A stretch of DNA of 64,000 nucleotides. Source: Vicinamibacteria bacterium. GTDB taxonomy: Bacteria > Acidobacteriota > Vicinamibacteria > Marinacidobacterales > Marinacidobacteraceae. The notes under the pieces are model-generated. The model was not told the DNA's origin. It did no database searches and saw nothing but the letters and a program-made list of their open reading frames with translations. The translations under genes were made by a program, and so were the position numbers. This document shows positions 36,192-44,899 of the stretch, in pieces. Numbering within the stretch: the stretch's first letter is position 1; each line of letters starts with the position of its first letter. The stretch spans positions 768,001 through 832,000 of the forward strand of contig OY821641.1 of assembly GCA_963555995.3 (NCBI GenBank). Reading direction: 5' to 3'.

Positions 36192-37802
36192 TCAGGAGCC
36201 GGATACCTGGAATTCGACCGTCTCCGTCACCGACTTCCCGCTGCCCGCGTCCCGCACGGTGATCTCGGCGATGTAGTCACCGGCTTCGAAATCTTCCCGG
36301 CGGCCGTCCGCGAAGAGACGGGCGAGGGGAACGTCCACGATCGCGATCGAGAGTTCCTCCGAGGCGAGGTTGAACGCGGTCGGGTTGTAACGGAGGTACT
36401 GCTCACCGTCCTTCCGGAAGGTGATCTGCCAGGTCAGGGTCGGCTGACCGCTCGTGTCGTACCCGTAGGCGTTGAACACGAGGCGGAGCGCGTCGCCCGG
36501 CGCGTACGTGGTCGAAACCCGCGGGATGAAGTGGAAGCCGCCCACCAGCAGCGCCCTGCCGGGCTCGGGAGTGAAGTCCTCGACGCGGGAACCGTCGGAA
36601 AAGCGCGCCACCGAGGAGAGCATCAACTCGCCGCTGCCGAAGTTGGGGCTCTCGATCTCCCTGGTGATCGTCCCGTGGGTCTGGGTGGCGGGGTCCAGGA
36701 TTCCGGCATAGATGGAATAGGCGCCGGGCGCCATCTGCATCGGCATTTCCAGGACGGTCGGACCGCCGGCCGGCCCCCTCTGCACCTCGACGGTACGCTC
36801 GTCGTAGCCGATCACGGTTCCGAGCGCGTCCACCACGTTGTAGAACACCGAAAGATTGGCCCGGTCGCCGTTCCAGGTGATGCTGTCGGAATCGAGTTCG
36901 AAGACCGCGGCGACATAGGTGTCGCCGACGTTCGAGCGGAAGAACGAGAAGGCCGCGTCCATGCCGATGTCCGCGCCCGGCTCGCCGCCGGCCCGGAGCG
37001 CGTTCAGGATGGTCTTGCCGGGGCTGTTCGGATCGAGGAGCGCTCTCGTTTCGGAGCCGAACAGGTCCTCGACGTCCGGGAGCTCCCCGTCCGCGTTCAG
37101 GGTGAAGTTGATCTGGCTGGGCCAGACGATCTGCCGCGCCCGCGACCGCTCGATGGCGGCCTCGATCTCCTCGTTGCGGATCAGCCGCATTCCCAGGTTC
37201 GTGGTCCGGAACTCGAGTTCCAGGCCGTCCGGCAGGCCGCGGTCCGGATTCGGGACGTAGGTGAACTTCATCCCGCCACCCGGGCCGCCCATGCCGCCGC
37301 CGCGGCCAGCACCGCCGCCGCCCACGCCGCCGCCGCCCTCGGCGACCGGGTTCTCACCGGTGGCGCCGGCGGGCGGACGCCCGCCGCCCCCGGTGGACAT
37401 CCGGCCTCCGGTCCGTTCCCGGTTGTCGGGCGGGCCGAACAGCAGCATCACGAGCGCCATGTCGGTCCGCGAGCCCTTCCGGCCCCGCTGGCCGAACTGG
37501 TCGTCGGCCTGCTCGCGCCAGTTGTTGAACTGGTCCTCGGCGCGGTCGGGGTCGTGCGGGTTCTGGCTGCGGCGCGCCCAGAAGTGCTCCTTGAACCGGT
37601 TCCGCTGGTTCCGGGGGAGGTTCTCGAACGCCTGCCGCTCCTGCGCGGTCATGATCGGCTCGACCTCTTCCAGCCAGCGCCGGTCGCCCCGGCTCAGGTT
37701 GTCCTGGGCCAGTGCGGGGAGGGCGAGCGCGAGCATCGCAAGCGCGGCGACACCCGCCATAAGGACAGAAAAGCGGGGGGCAACCCGCGTTGGATCAGGC
37801 AT
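36192..37802 (-). CDS. GWxTD-like domain protein (GSRTD variant)
   Basis: Signal peptide, WLEEV, FWARR, GSRTD...FGPPD, LMLSS, PGDAL..F..Y Ig-like C-terminus; AGGAGG RBS. Confidence 0.85.
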   Translation of the reverse strand: MPDPTRVAPRFSVLMAGVAALAMLALALPALAQDNLSRGDRRWLEEVEPIMTAQERQAFENLPRNQRNRFKEHFWARRSQNPHDPDRAEDQFNNWREQADDQFGQRGRKGSRTDMALVMLLFGPPDNRERTGGRMSTGGGGRPPAGATGENPVAEGGGGVGGGGAGRGGGMGGPGGGMKFTYVPNPDRGLPDGLELEFRTTNLGMRLIRNEEIEAAIERSRARQIVWPSQINFTLNADGELPDVEDLFGSETRALLDPNSPGKTILNALRAGGEPGADIGMDAAFSFFRSNVGDTYVAAVFELDSDSITWNGDRANLSVFYNVVDALGTVIGYDERTVEVQRGPAGGPTVLEMPMQMAPGAYSIYAGILDPATQTHGTITREIESPNFGSGELMLSSVARFSDGSRVEDFTPEPGRALLVGGFHFIPRVSTTYAPGDALRLVFNAYGYDTSGQPTLTWQITFRKDGEQYLRYNPTAFNLASEELSIAIVDVPLARLFADGRREDFEAGDYIAEITVRDAGSGKSVTETVEFQVSGS

Positions 37803-37942
37803 GAGGCCTCCTGAAGCTGGAGCGGCCACCGGGCCGGGGCTCCACCCCGGACGCGACACGCAAACCCATGAAATCGGCCTGAAAGAATACGTCCGCGCGG
37901 GGTTTCCCGCAAGCGTCGGAAGCCACGCTATACTCGATTTCG

Positions 37943-39178
37943 ATGTCGTCTTCAATACCCCGGCCGCCGCGCCGAATTCGCGCGGCCATCGCCGGCCTGC
38001 TCCTCGGCGGGCTGGCGCCCTGGTCCCTGGGTTGCGGAACCGCCCCCAAGCGCTCGTGGACGGTGGAGGAGATCCGTGCGGACCTGAACCACCGGATCAC
38101 GCCGGACGTCCTCGCCAGCGTCGAGATTCCCTTCGAGATCGACGACGAGATCCGCGAACTCGCGTTCCGGGTCACCGAGAACCTGCGCACCGACAAGGAG
38201 AAGATGCGGGCCATCATCCGGGCGATCCGGCAACACACCGGGGGGTCCATCTCCTACGACTGGCTCTCCAACAAGACCGCCAAGAGCGTCTTCCGGGAGG
38301 GCCGCGGGAACTGTCTCGCCTACACGAACCTCTTCGTCGGGATGTCGCGGGCGGTCGGCGTCGAGGCGGTCTACGTGGACGTCACGACGATCGAGAAGGT
38401 CACCAAGGAAGCCGAAGTCATCGTGAACAGCGGCCACATCACCGGCGGCATCAAGGACGGCCCCGATCTGATCTTCGTGGACTTCACCTCGAATCCGGAG
38501 CGCGAGTACGCGGGCGCCAAGATCATTGACGACTTCGAGGCCATCTCGAACTTCTACAACAACCAGGGCTTCCTCTACGGCTACTTCGCGGAGGCGCTCG
38601 CCGACCAGGGGGGCTTCGACCCGCTGGCCCGGGAGATCGAGATGTACGAGCTGGCGCTCTCGATCCGGCCCAACTTCAATCGCGCCCGGAACAACCTGGG
38701 GGTCGCCTACAAGCGGCGCGGCCGGGTGAACGACGCGATCGAGCAGTACCAGTTGGCGCTCGACCTCGAACCGGACTTCACCGAGGCCCGCGCCAACCTC
38801 GCGAGCGCCTACTACTCCCGGGGAGAGACGGACCAGGCGATCGAGCAGTTCCGGCTCGCGGCGCGGAACGACGACTCCGACGCCTACGTGGTCTATCACC
38901 TCGGGGTGCTGCACTACCACGAGGGCAAGTACCGCCAGGCCGCCGACTATTTCCGAAAGGCGATTTCGCGGGATCGGCAGATGGCGGACGCCCGGTTCTT
39001 CCTGGGCGAGGCGCTGCTGAAGCTGGGCGACGAGGACAAGGCGATGCGGGAGTACGAGCGGGCGATCGAAATCGACCCGAACTACATCTCCGCGCGCGCC
39101 AAGCTCGACCTGCTGCGGGATGCCCGGCGGGCGCGGTCCCGCGGCGGGGAATCGCCCGCCGGCGGGCCCGTCCGCTGA
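37943..39178 (+). CDS. Transglutaminase-like (Cys-His-Asp) lipoprotein with TPR repeats
   Basis: Lipobox SLGC, GRGNCLAY, SGHI, VDF, followed by NNLG-type TPRs. Confidence 0.85.
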   Translation: MSSSIPRPPRRIRAAIAGLLLGGLAPWSLGCGTAPKRSWTVEEIRADLNHRITPDVLASVEIPFEIDDEIRELAFRVTENLRTDKEKMRAIIRAIRQHTGGSISYDWLSNKTAKSVFREGRGNCLAYTNLFVGMSRAVGVEAVYVDVTTIEKVTKEAEVIVNSGHITGGIKDGPDLIFVDFTSNPEREYAGAKIIDDFEAISNFYNNQGFLYGYFAEALADQGGFDPLAREIEMYELALSIRPNFNRARNNLGVAYKRRGRVNDAIEQYQLALDLEPDFTEARANLASAYYSRGETDQAIEQFRLAARNDDSDAYVVYHLGVLHYHEGKYRQAADYFRKAISRDRQMADARFFLGEALLKLGDEDKAMREYERAIEIDPNYISARAKLDLLRDARRARSRGGESPAGGPVR

Positions 39179-39208
39179 CGACTCCGGGGCTCTGACCAGC
39201 GCCTTCCC

Positions 39209-40972
39209 TTGCAGGTAGAAGGGGAAACGGCGGGCCTCAAGTCCCGCGACCGGAAGGTTCTGGAGCGCCTCGGCCAGCGGCGGCTGCCGCCGGCGGCGCT
39301 GCTGACCCAGGAGTTCGCCCGCCAGCTCGCGGGCATTTCCCGCACGATCCGGCGGCAGGTGGGGGCGCTCGTGGACCGGCGCGGGCACATCACCTGGGTC
39401 GGGGTGGGAGACGCGCACCGCATCGAACTGCCCGACCTGAAGCGCCAGCGGGTCGCGGGCCGGCGGCTGCGCGGGTTGCGGTTCGTCCACACCCACCTCG
39501 CCGGCGAACCGCTGACCCGCGATGACCTGACGGACCTGGTCCTGCTCCGGCTGGATCTCATGGCGGCCCTCACGGTGGGCGAGGACGGCCTGCCGGGTGT
39601 CGTGCACGCCGCCCACCTGAGGCCGCCCGGCCGTCAGGGGAACGCCGCCGGTTCTCCCGGTGGGGGTCTCCAGACCGGCATCGCTGCCCGGAGTGCGGTG
39701 AAACAGCAGGAAGAAGCCGAGACGCCCTGGGAACTGCTGCCGCCGGTTCCGCCGAGCCGGTTGGACCTCGACTGCACGGCGCTGCTGGCCGACCTCGAAC
39801 GGGCGTTCGCCCGCTTCGCTCCGGAGCGCCCGGGCCGGCGGTATTCGGGACGCGCGATCCTGGTCGGGGTGGGAGAGAAGGCGTTCCCGCTCGGGGACGT
39901 GATGGAGGAGCTGGCGGAGCTGGCGCGGGATGCGGGTCTCGAAGTGGTGGATTCGCTCGTGCAGCGCCGGGCCCGCCTCGATCCGCGCACCCTGGTCGGC
40001 CGCGGGAAGCTGGAGGCGCTGGTGATCCGGGCGCTCGACCGGGGCGCCGACCTGATCCTGTTCGCGTGCGACCTGAGTCCCTCCCAGGCGCGGAACATTT
40101 CGCAGGCCACCGATCTCAAGGTCCTCGACCGCACCCAGTTGATCCTCGACATCTTCGCCCGCCGGGCGACGAGCCGCGAGGGAAAGCTGCAGGTCGAGCT
40201 TGCCCAGTTGCGCTACCGGTTGCCGCGGCTCGTCCAGCGGGACACCTCGCTCTCGCGTCTCGGGGGCGGGATCGGGGGCCGGGGACCGGGCGAGACGCGC
40301 CTCGAAGTGGACCGCCGGCGGGTGCGCGAGCGCATCGCCCGCTTGCAGCGCGACCTGGCCCGGGTCGCGGTCAAGCGCGACGTGCGCCGGAAGCGCCGCG
40401 AGGTGCGCGGTCTTCCGGTGGTGTCCCTCGTCGGCTACACGAACGCCGGCAAGTCCACGCTGCTCAACCGGCTGACCCGCAGCGAAGTGGCGGCCGGCGA
40501 CCGCATGTTCGAGACCCTCGATCCGGCGAACCGGCGGCTCCGGGTTCCCGTCGAGCGGGAGGTGCTGCTCGCGGACACCGTCGGTTTCATCCACGACCTC
40601 CCCGAGGACCTCATCGAGGCGTTTCGCGGCACCCTCGAGGAAATCTCGGCGGCGTCGCTGCTGCTGCAGGTGGTGGATGCCTCGAGTCCCCGCCTCGACT
40701 CGCGGGCCGCCGCCGTGGAAGGGCTGCTCGCCGAGCTGGGGTTCGAGGAGATCCCCCGGATCGTCCTGCTCAACAAGGTGGACCGGCTCGGCGAGGTGGC
40801 CCGCGCCGCGTTGCCGCAGCGCCTGGCGGGAGCGGAGACCTGGCGCGTCTCCGGGGTCACCGGCGAGGGACTCGAGGAACTGGTGGGCGAGGTCGCCCGG
40901 CTCATTCCGGTCAAGCCGGCGGGTCTTCCCCGACTCCCGGCTCCGGAGCCGGACCCGCTGCCTCTTCGCTGA
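39209..40972 (+). CDS. hflX: GTPase HflX with N-terminal extension
   Basis: HTHL N-domain, LDIFARRA, EGKLQVELAQL, GPGE, GYTNAGKST, DTVGF, NKVD. Confidence 0.95.
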   Translation: MQVEGETAGLKSRDRKVLERLGQRRLPPAALLTQEFARQLAGISRTIRRQVGALVDRRGHITWVGVGDAHRIELPDLKRQRVAGRRLRGLRFVHTHLAGEPLTRDDLTDLVLLRLDLMAALTVGEDGLPGVVHAAHLRPPGRQGNAAGSPGGGLQTGIAARSAVKQQEEAETPWELLPPVPPSRLDLDCTALLADLERAFARFAPERPGRRYSGRAILVGVGEKAFPLGDVMEELAELARDAGLEVVDSLVQRRARLDPRTLVGRGKLEALVIRALDRGADLILFACDLSPSQARNISQATDLKVLDRTQLILDIFARRATSREGKLQVELAQLRYRLPRLVQRDTSLSRLGGGIGGRGPGETRLEVDRRRVRERIARLQRDLARVAVKRDVRRKRREVRGLPVVSLVGYTNAGKSTLLNRLTRSEVAAGDRMFETLDPANRRLRVPVEREVLLADTVGFIHDLPEDLIEAFRGTLEEISAASLLLQVVDASSPRLDSRAAAVEGLLAELGFEEIPRIVLLNKVDRLGEVARAALPQRLAGAETWRVSGVTGEGLEELVGEVARLIPVKPAGLPRLPAPEPDPLPLR

Positions 40973-41939
40973 GCCCGGCGGCTTCGCCGGCGAGGCGGAT
41001 CAGGGTCTCGTAGCGGGCCGGATCGGCCCTCCCGGCAACCACCGCCGCCTGGACCCCGCAACCGGGTTCGGTGCGGTGGGAACAGTCGGGGAAGCGGCAG
41101 GCCCCGGCATGCGCGGCCAGGTCGGGATGGGCGGCGCGGATGCGGGCTTCGGTGAGCCCGTCGAGACCCAGCGCCCGGATGCCCGGCGTGTCCACGATCT
41201 CGCCGCCGCCGGGGAGCCGGATGAGTTCCGCGGCGGTCGTCGTGTGGCGGCCCCGGCCCCGGCGATCGAGCCCGCCGCTCCGCCGTCCGGGCACCCCGAG
41301 GGCGGCGAGCAGTTCGGTCTTCCCGACTCCCGAATGGCCGAAGAGCACCGCGCGCCCACCCGCCACGCTGGCCCGGAACGCGTCGAGACCCGCACCGCTC
41401 CGCGTGCTGGTGAGGTGCACTTCGAGTTCCAGGAAGCGATAGGGCGCGAGGTCCCGATCGAGCCCCCCGAGGTCGCGCTCCGCCGCGAGGTCGAGCTTGT
41501 TGAAGACAAGGACGGGCGTCACGCCGGCGTCGTAGGCGACCACCAGCGAGCGGTCGAGGAAACCGGTCCGGTACGGCGGTTCCGCAAAGGCCGAGACGAT
41601 GTAGCAGCGGTCGAGGTTTGCCGCGAAGACGCGCATCTCCCGCCGCCCCGGCGGTCCGACCGCCCGGTGCAGCGCGTTCCTTCGGGGAAGCACCGCGGTG
41701 ATGCGCCCGCCGGGTCTTCCGGGCCGGGAAGGCTGCCGTCCGCCCGGCTCGATCTCCTCGACGAGGACCTCGTCTCCCACCACGGCGGCGGTTCCCGCCG
41801 GCCGCCGGTCCCGCGATCCGAAGAGCCGTCCGCCGAGCGCGCAGCGGCACAGGGACTCCGGCTCCCCGCGCGGCCCGGAAGCGAGCCGGACCGTCGCTAC
41901 CTTCCGGCCGATCCGCACCACGGTTCCGGACCGGCTCAT
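40911..41939 (-). CDS. rsgA: Ribosome small subunit-dependent GTPase A
   Basis: Permuted order NKLD, GHSGVGKT, GRHTT, DTPG, then the CRFPDCSH..EPGC zinc knuckle. Confidence 0.95.
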   Translation of the reverse strand: MSRSGTVVRIGRKVATVRLASGPRGEPESLCRCALGGRLFGSRDRRPAGTAAVVGDEVLVEEIEPGGRQPSRPGRPGGRITAVLPRRNALHRAVGPPGRREMRVFAANLDRCYIVSAFAEPPYRTGFLDRSLVVAYDAGVTPVLVFNKLDLAAERDLGGLDRDLAPYRFLELEVHLTSTRSGAGLDAFRASVAGGRAVLFGHSGVGKTELLAALGVPGRRSGGLDRRGRGRHTTTAAELIRLPGGGEIVDTPGIRALGLDGLTEARIRAAHPDLAAHAGACRFPDCSHRTEPGCGVQAAVVAGRADPARYETLIRLAGEAAGLSEEAAGPAPEPGVGEDPPA

Positions 41940-41997
41940 CGGCCGGATGCTAGCGGGTAAGGATGGACGCAACCCGCTCTCATGACGGGTACGGCCT

Positions 41998-42154
41998 GGA
42001 ACGCCGGCTTCAGCCGGCACAGCCCGCCGAAGGCGGGCGGCGGGACGGACCCTCGTTCGCCGGGATGGCTCGGCTGCGCGCGCCAATGCACTCGGGTTGG
42101 CGACGAACCGCCCGCGGCCCTGCGGGCCGCTGTGCCGGCTGAAGCCGGCGTTCC
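41998..42154. repeat. REPIN of type B REPs (41998-42020, 42132-42154)
   Basis: Inverted GGAACGCCGGCTTCAGCCGGCAC pair; the spacer is homologous to that of 57236-57391. Confidence 0.9.
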
Positions 42155-42279
42155 TGGCCGGCAGCGCCAGCACGGCCCGGATGGCCGGTCGCCATCCAAC
42201 CGGCCGGCCGGTTCCCCCGTGCTACCTTTCTGGAACCCTGCCCAGAGCGTCGGAGAGCCTTGTATCCGTGTCCGCGATA

Positions 42280-42843
42280 GTGACGCAAACCACCGTGCGC
42301 AGGGGGTTTCTGGCGCTGGCCCTGGTGGTCCTGGCCGGAGGACTCGAAGCGTCCACGGTGCGGCGGCTGACGCTGGATGAGATGGCCGTCCACGCCGACC
42401 AGATCTTCACCGGGCAGGTGGTCGGCATCGCGAGCCAGTTGAATGCGCGGCGCACCGGCATCCACACCTTCGTCACCATCGAGGTGGACGAGTACCTCAA
42501 GGGAGGCCGCCGCAACCTGCTCACCCTGCGGTTCCTGGGAGGTGAGGCCGAGGGCTACCGGCTGGTGGTTCCGGGATCTCCCGTGTTCCACCTCGGCGAG
42601 GAGGTTCTCGTGTTCAGCGACGGGGGGGCCGGCAGGATCCCGACCGTGCTGGGCATGGCGGCGGGCAAGTTCACGGTGGGCCGCGACCCGGACACCGGTA
42701 ACCGGGTGCTCGAGCGGTCCCTGGCCGGTCTGACCCTCAAGGATCCCGGCGGCGCGCCGCCGGCCACCGGCGCGGCGCTGCCCGCGGGGCCGGTGCCGCT
42801 CGACGAGGTGCGCCGCATCGTGCGGGAGACGCTCGCCCAGTGA
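42280..42843 (+). CDS. Exported hypothetical protein
   Basis: Signal peptide then ASTVRRLTLDEM..AD.IFTG.V and GG...G....VPGSP.F..GEEVLVF. Confidence 0.8.
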   Translation: MTQTTVRRGFLALALVVLAGGLEASTVRRLTLDEMAVHADQIFTGQVVGIASQLNARRTGIHTFVTIEVDEYLKGGRRNLLTLRFLGGEAEGYRLVVPGSPVFHLGEEVLVFSDGGAGRIPTVLGMAAGKFTVGRDPDTGNRVLERSLAGLTLKDPGGAPPATGAALPAGPVPLDEVRRIVRETLAQ

Positions 42844-43850
42844 CCGGGCCCGGTTCCGCCGCCGCCGGGTCCCGCCGCGCGGTCCGCCTGCTGGCGGTCC
42901 TGCTCGCGCTGTCGGTGGGAATCCCGGCGGCCTCCGGATACCAGTTGATCCGCGGCCGCGGCTTTGTCTGGGCGGAAGGCCTCCGTCCCGTCGGCTACTG
43001 GGTCGCCAACGTGGCGGACGACTCGATGACGGTGGACCAGGTGGTCGCCGAGACCAGAGCGGCTTTCGACACCTGGAGCGCCCCGGAGGAGGTCGGTCTC
43101 TCGTTCTCGTACCGCGGCAGGACCAACCAGCGCCCCTTCGAGTTCTTCGACCGGACCAACGCGGTGGGCTTCACTTCGCGCGAAGAGTTGGCCGAGTTCG
43201 GGCTCTCCGACGTCACGCTGGCGGTGACGAGCTGGCTCACCGTCATCGAGACCGGAGTCATCGCCGAGGCGGACATCATCGTCAATCCGGCCTATGGCTG
43301 GACCGAAACCCCCGAGCAGGGAGGCTGGGACTACCGCTCGACGATGATTCACGAGGTCGGCCATTTCCTCGGGCTGGGTCATTCGGGCGTCGGCCGCCAG
43401 TCCGAGGGTTCGCTGCTTGCCGGCTCGAGTGTCATGTGGCCGTACGGGTTCGGAAGCGGCACCACCCTCGGGCGGGAGCTCACCGCCGATGACGTCACCG
43501 GGGCGTCGGTTCTCTACCCCGGTGCGACGGCTCCCACCGGAAGCATCCACGGCGTCGTCCGCCGCGCCTCGGGGGAAGCCGTCCGCTACGCGCACGTGGT
43601 TGCCTACGAGCCGGTGCTCGACCACACCGTGGGAGGCTGGGCGAACGGGGAGGGCCGTTACGAGATCGCCGGACTGCCCGACGGCCGCTACGTGCTGCGC
43701 GTGAATCCGATCTACGAGGGCCACACCGCCACCGCCTACTTCTTCCCCTTCGGCCAGGCGGACACGGATTTCAGCGTCACCGTGCATCCCCGCCTCGTGG
43801 CGGTCTCGGAGGGCGGGACGACCGAGGTCAGCCTCGAGGTCACCCAGTGA
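42840..43850 (+). CDS. Matrixin-family (M10) metalloprotease with C-terminal beta-sandwich
   Basis: EADI, HEVGHFLGLGHS zinc motif, SVMWP Met-turn, LTADD. Confidence 0.92.
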   Translation: MTGPGSAAAGSRRAVRLLAVLLALSVGIPAASGYQLIRGRGFVWAEGLRPVGYWVANVADDSMTVDQVVAETRAAFDTWSAPEEVGLSFSYRGRTNQRPFEFFDRTNAVGFTSREELAEFGLSDVTLAVTSWLTVIETGVIAEADIIVNPAYGWTETPEQGGWDYRSTMIHEVGHFLGLGHSGVGRQSEGSLLAGSSVMWPYGFGSGTTLGRELTADDVTGASVLYPGATAPTGSIHGVVRRASGEAVRYAHVVAYEPVLDHTVGGWANGEGRYEIAGLPDGRYVLRVNPIYEGHTATAYFFPFGQADTDFSVTVHPRLVAVSEGGTTEVSLEVTQ

Positions 43851-44665
43851 CCCCGCGGCGGCCGGGACTCGCCGCACTCCCGGTCGTGCTGACGGCGGGC
43901 CTGGCCGCCGCGGCGCCCCCGCCGGCGACTCCGGACGCGAACTCCGGGACGACGGCCGCTCCGGGTTCGGACACCGGCAGACTGGGCGAGATCCTCCGTA
44001 GTCTCCGCGAGGCGGCGGAGCAGGCGTCCAGCGTCGCGCAGACCGCGCCCCGCCGGCAGGGACCCGTTTTCTCGCAGCCGGGGGATTGGACGCATGCCGA
44101 AGCGGGCGTCGTCATCGGTAGCCAACTGGTGAATCAGGACCTGGGGTTTTCCCGGAACATCTTTCAGACAGTGAGCGCCGAAGCGGAAGATGTGGGGTTC
44201 GGCCAACATCTCGGCGCCCGCGGAGCCTTCTTCGTGAACCGCTACCTCGGAGCGGAAGCCGGTTTCACCCGGACCACGACCGATTTCGAGTTCTCGGTGA
44301 CCGATGAGGAGGCCGGGTTCACCGTCTTCCCGGAGCCCCTCGAGCAGGTGAGCCAGGAAGCCTCGGTGTCGGCGGTGCTGCAGTGGCCGCGCGCGGCGGT
44401 GACTCCCTACGGGGTCGTGGGTTACGCGTGGAGAACGTCCGAGGTCGAAGGGGCCGAGCCGTTCGAATCCGGCGCGGTGGTCGTGGGGATCGGGATCAAG
44501 GTGCCCTTCCCGGGTTCTCCGGTTCTGCTGGCGTTCGACTACCGCCGCATCGAGTTCCGGGACGAAGAAGCCGACGCGCTGCGGCTCGCGCAAGGCGGAG
44601 TGGGGAGTCCCACGGTGTCCGCGCTGACCCTGGGGGTCGTCGTCCGCCTCAACGTCAACCGTTGA
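43847..44665 (+). CDS. Putative outer-membrane beta-barrel protein
   Basis: Signal-like N-terminus, alternating amphipathic strands, TPYGVVGY, DYR, C-terminal LGVVVRL. Confidence 0.7.
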   Translation: MTPRRPGLAALPVVLTAGLAAAAPPPATPDANSGTTAAPGSDTGRLGEILRSLREAAEQASSVAQTAPRRQGPVFSQPGDWTHAEAGVVIGSQLVNQDLGFSRNIFQTVSAEAEDVGFGQHLGARGAFFVNRYLGAEAGFTRTTTDFEFSVTDEEAGFTVFPEPLEQVSQEASVSAVLQWPRAAVTPYGVVGYAWRTSEVEGAEPFESGAVVVGIGIKVPFPGSPVLLAFDYRRIEFRDEEADALRLAQGGVGSPTVSALTLGVVVRLNVNR

Positions 44666-44740
44666 ACCCGCGGTGAATGTGCCCCCGCGAGCCTTCTGAG
44701 CCAAAGTCCCCAGACGGTGCATCGGGCGGTTCGTTTGCGG

Positions 44741-44853
44741 GGACACTTTCCCCACGGGTTGGCGGGCGAAATCGCTGCGCGATTCGCTCCGCCTTCTTTC
44801 GTGGGGAGGGGACACCCCTCCCCACACCCCACCCCCGCGGCGCTGCGCGCCGC
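44741..44853. repeat. Diverged relative of the 130-bp hairpin repeat
   Basis: Shares ACACTTTCCCC, GGC-GCGAA..TTCGC-GCC and GTG-purine/pyrimidine-CAC hairpins, and CGGCGCTGCGCGCCGC (reverse complement of 24805-24820). Confidence 0.55.
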
Positions 44854-44899
44854 GAACGTACACCCTCGAACTGACCGTCCGCGAACGGCCCTCGGAGCG

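Noticed and set aside
37952-40594. 880-aa minus-strand ORF and similar long antisense ORFs (10002-11996, 21369-23582, 50064-52388, 53313-55619)
   Set aside because: They mirror well-supported genes on the opposite strand and carry no motifs; expected in high-GC DNA.
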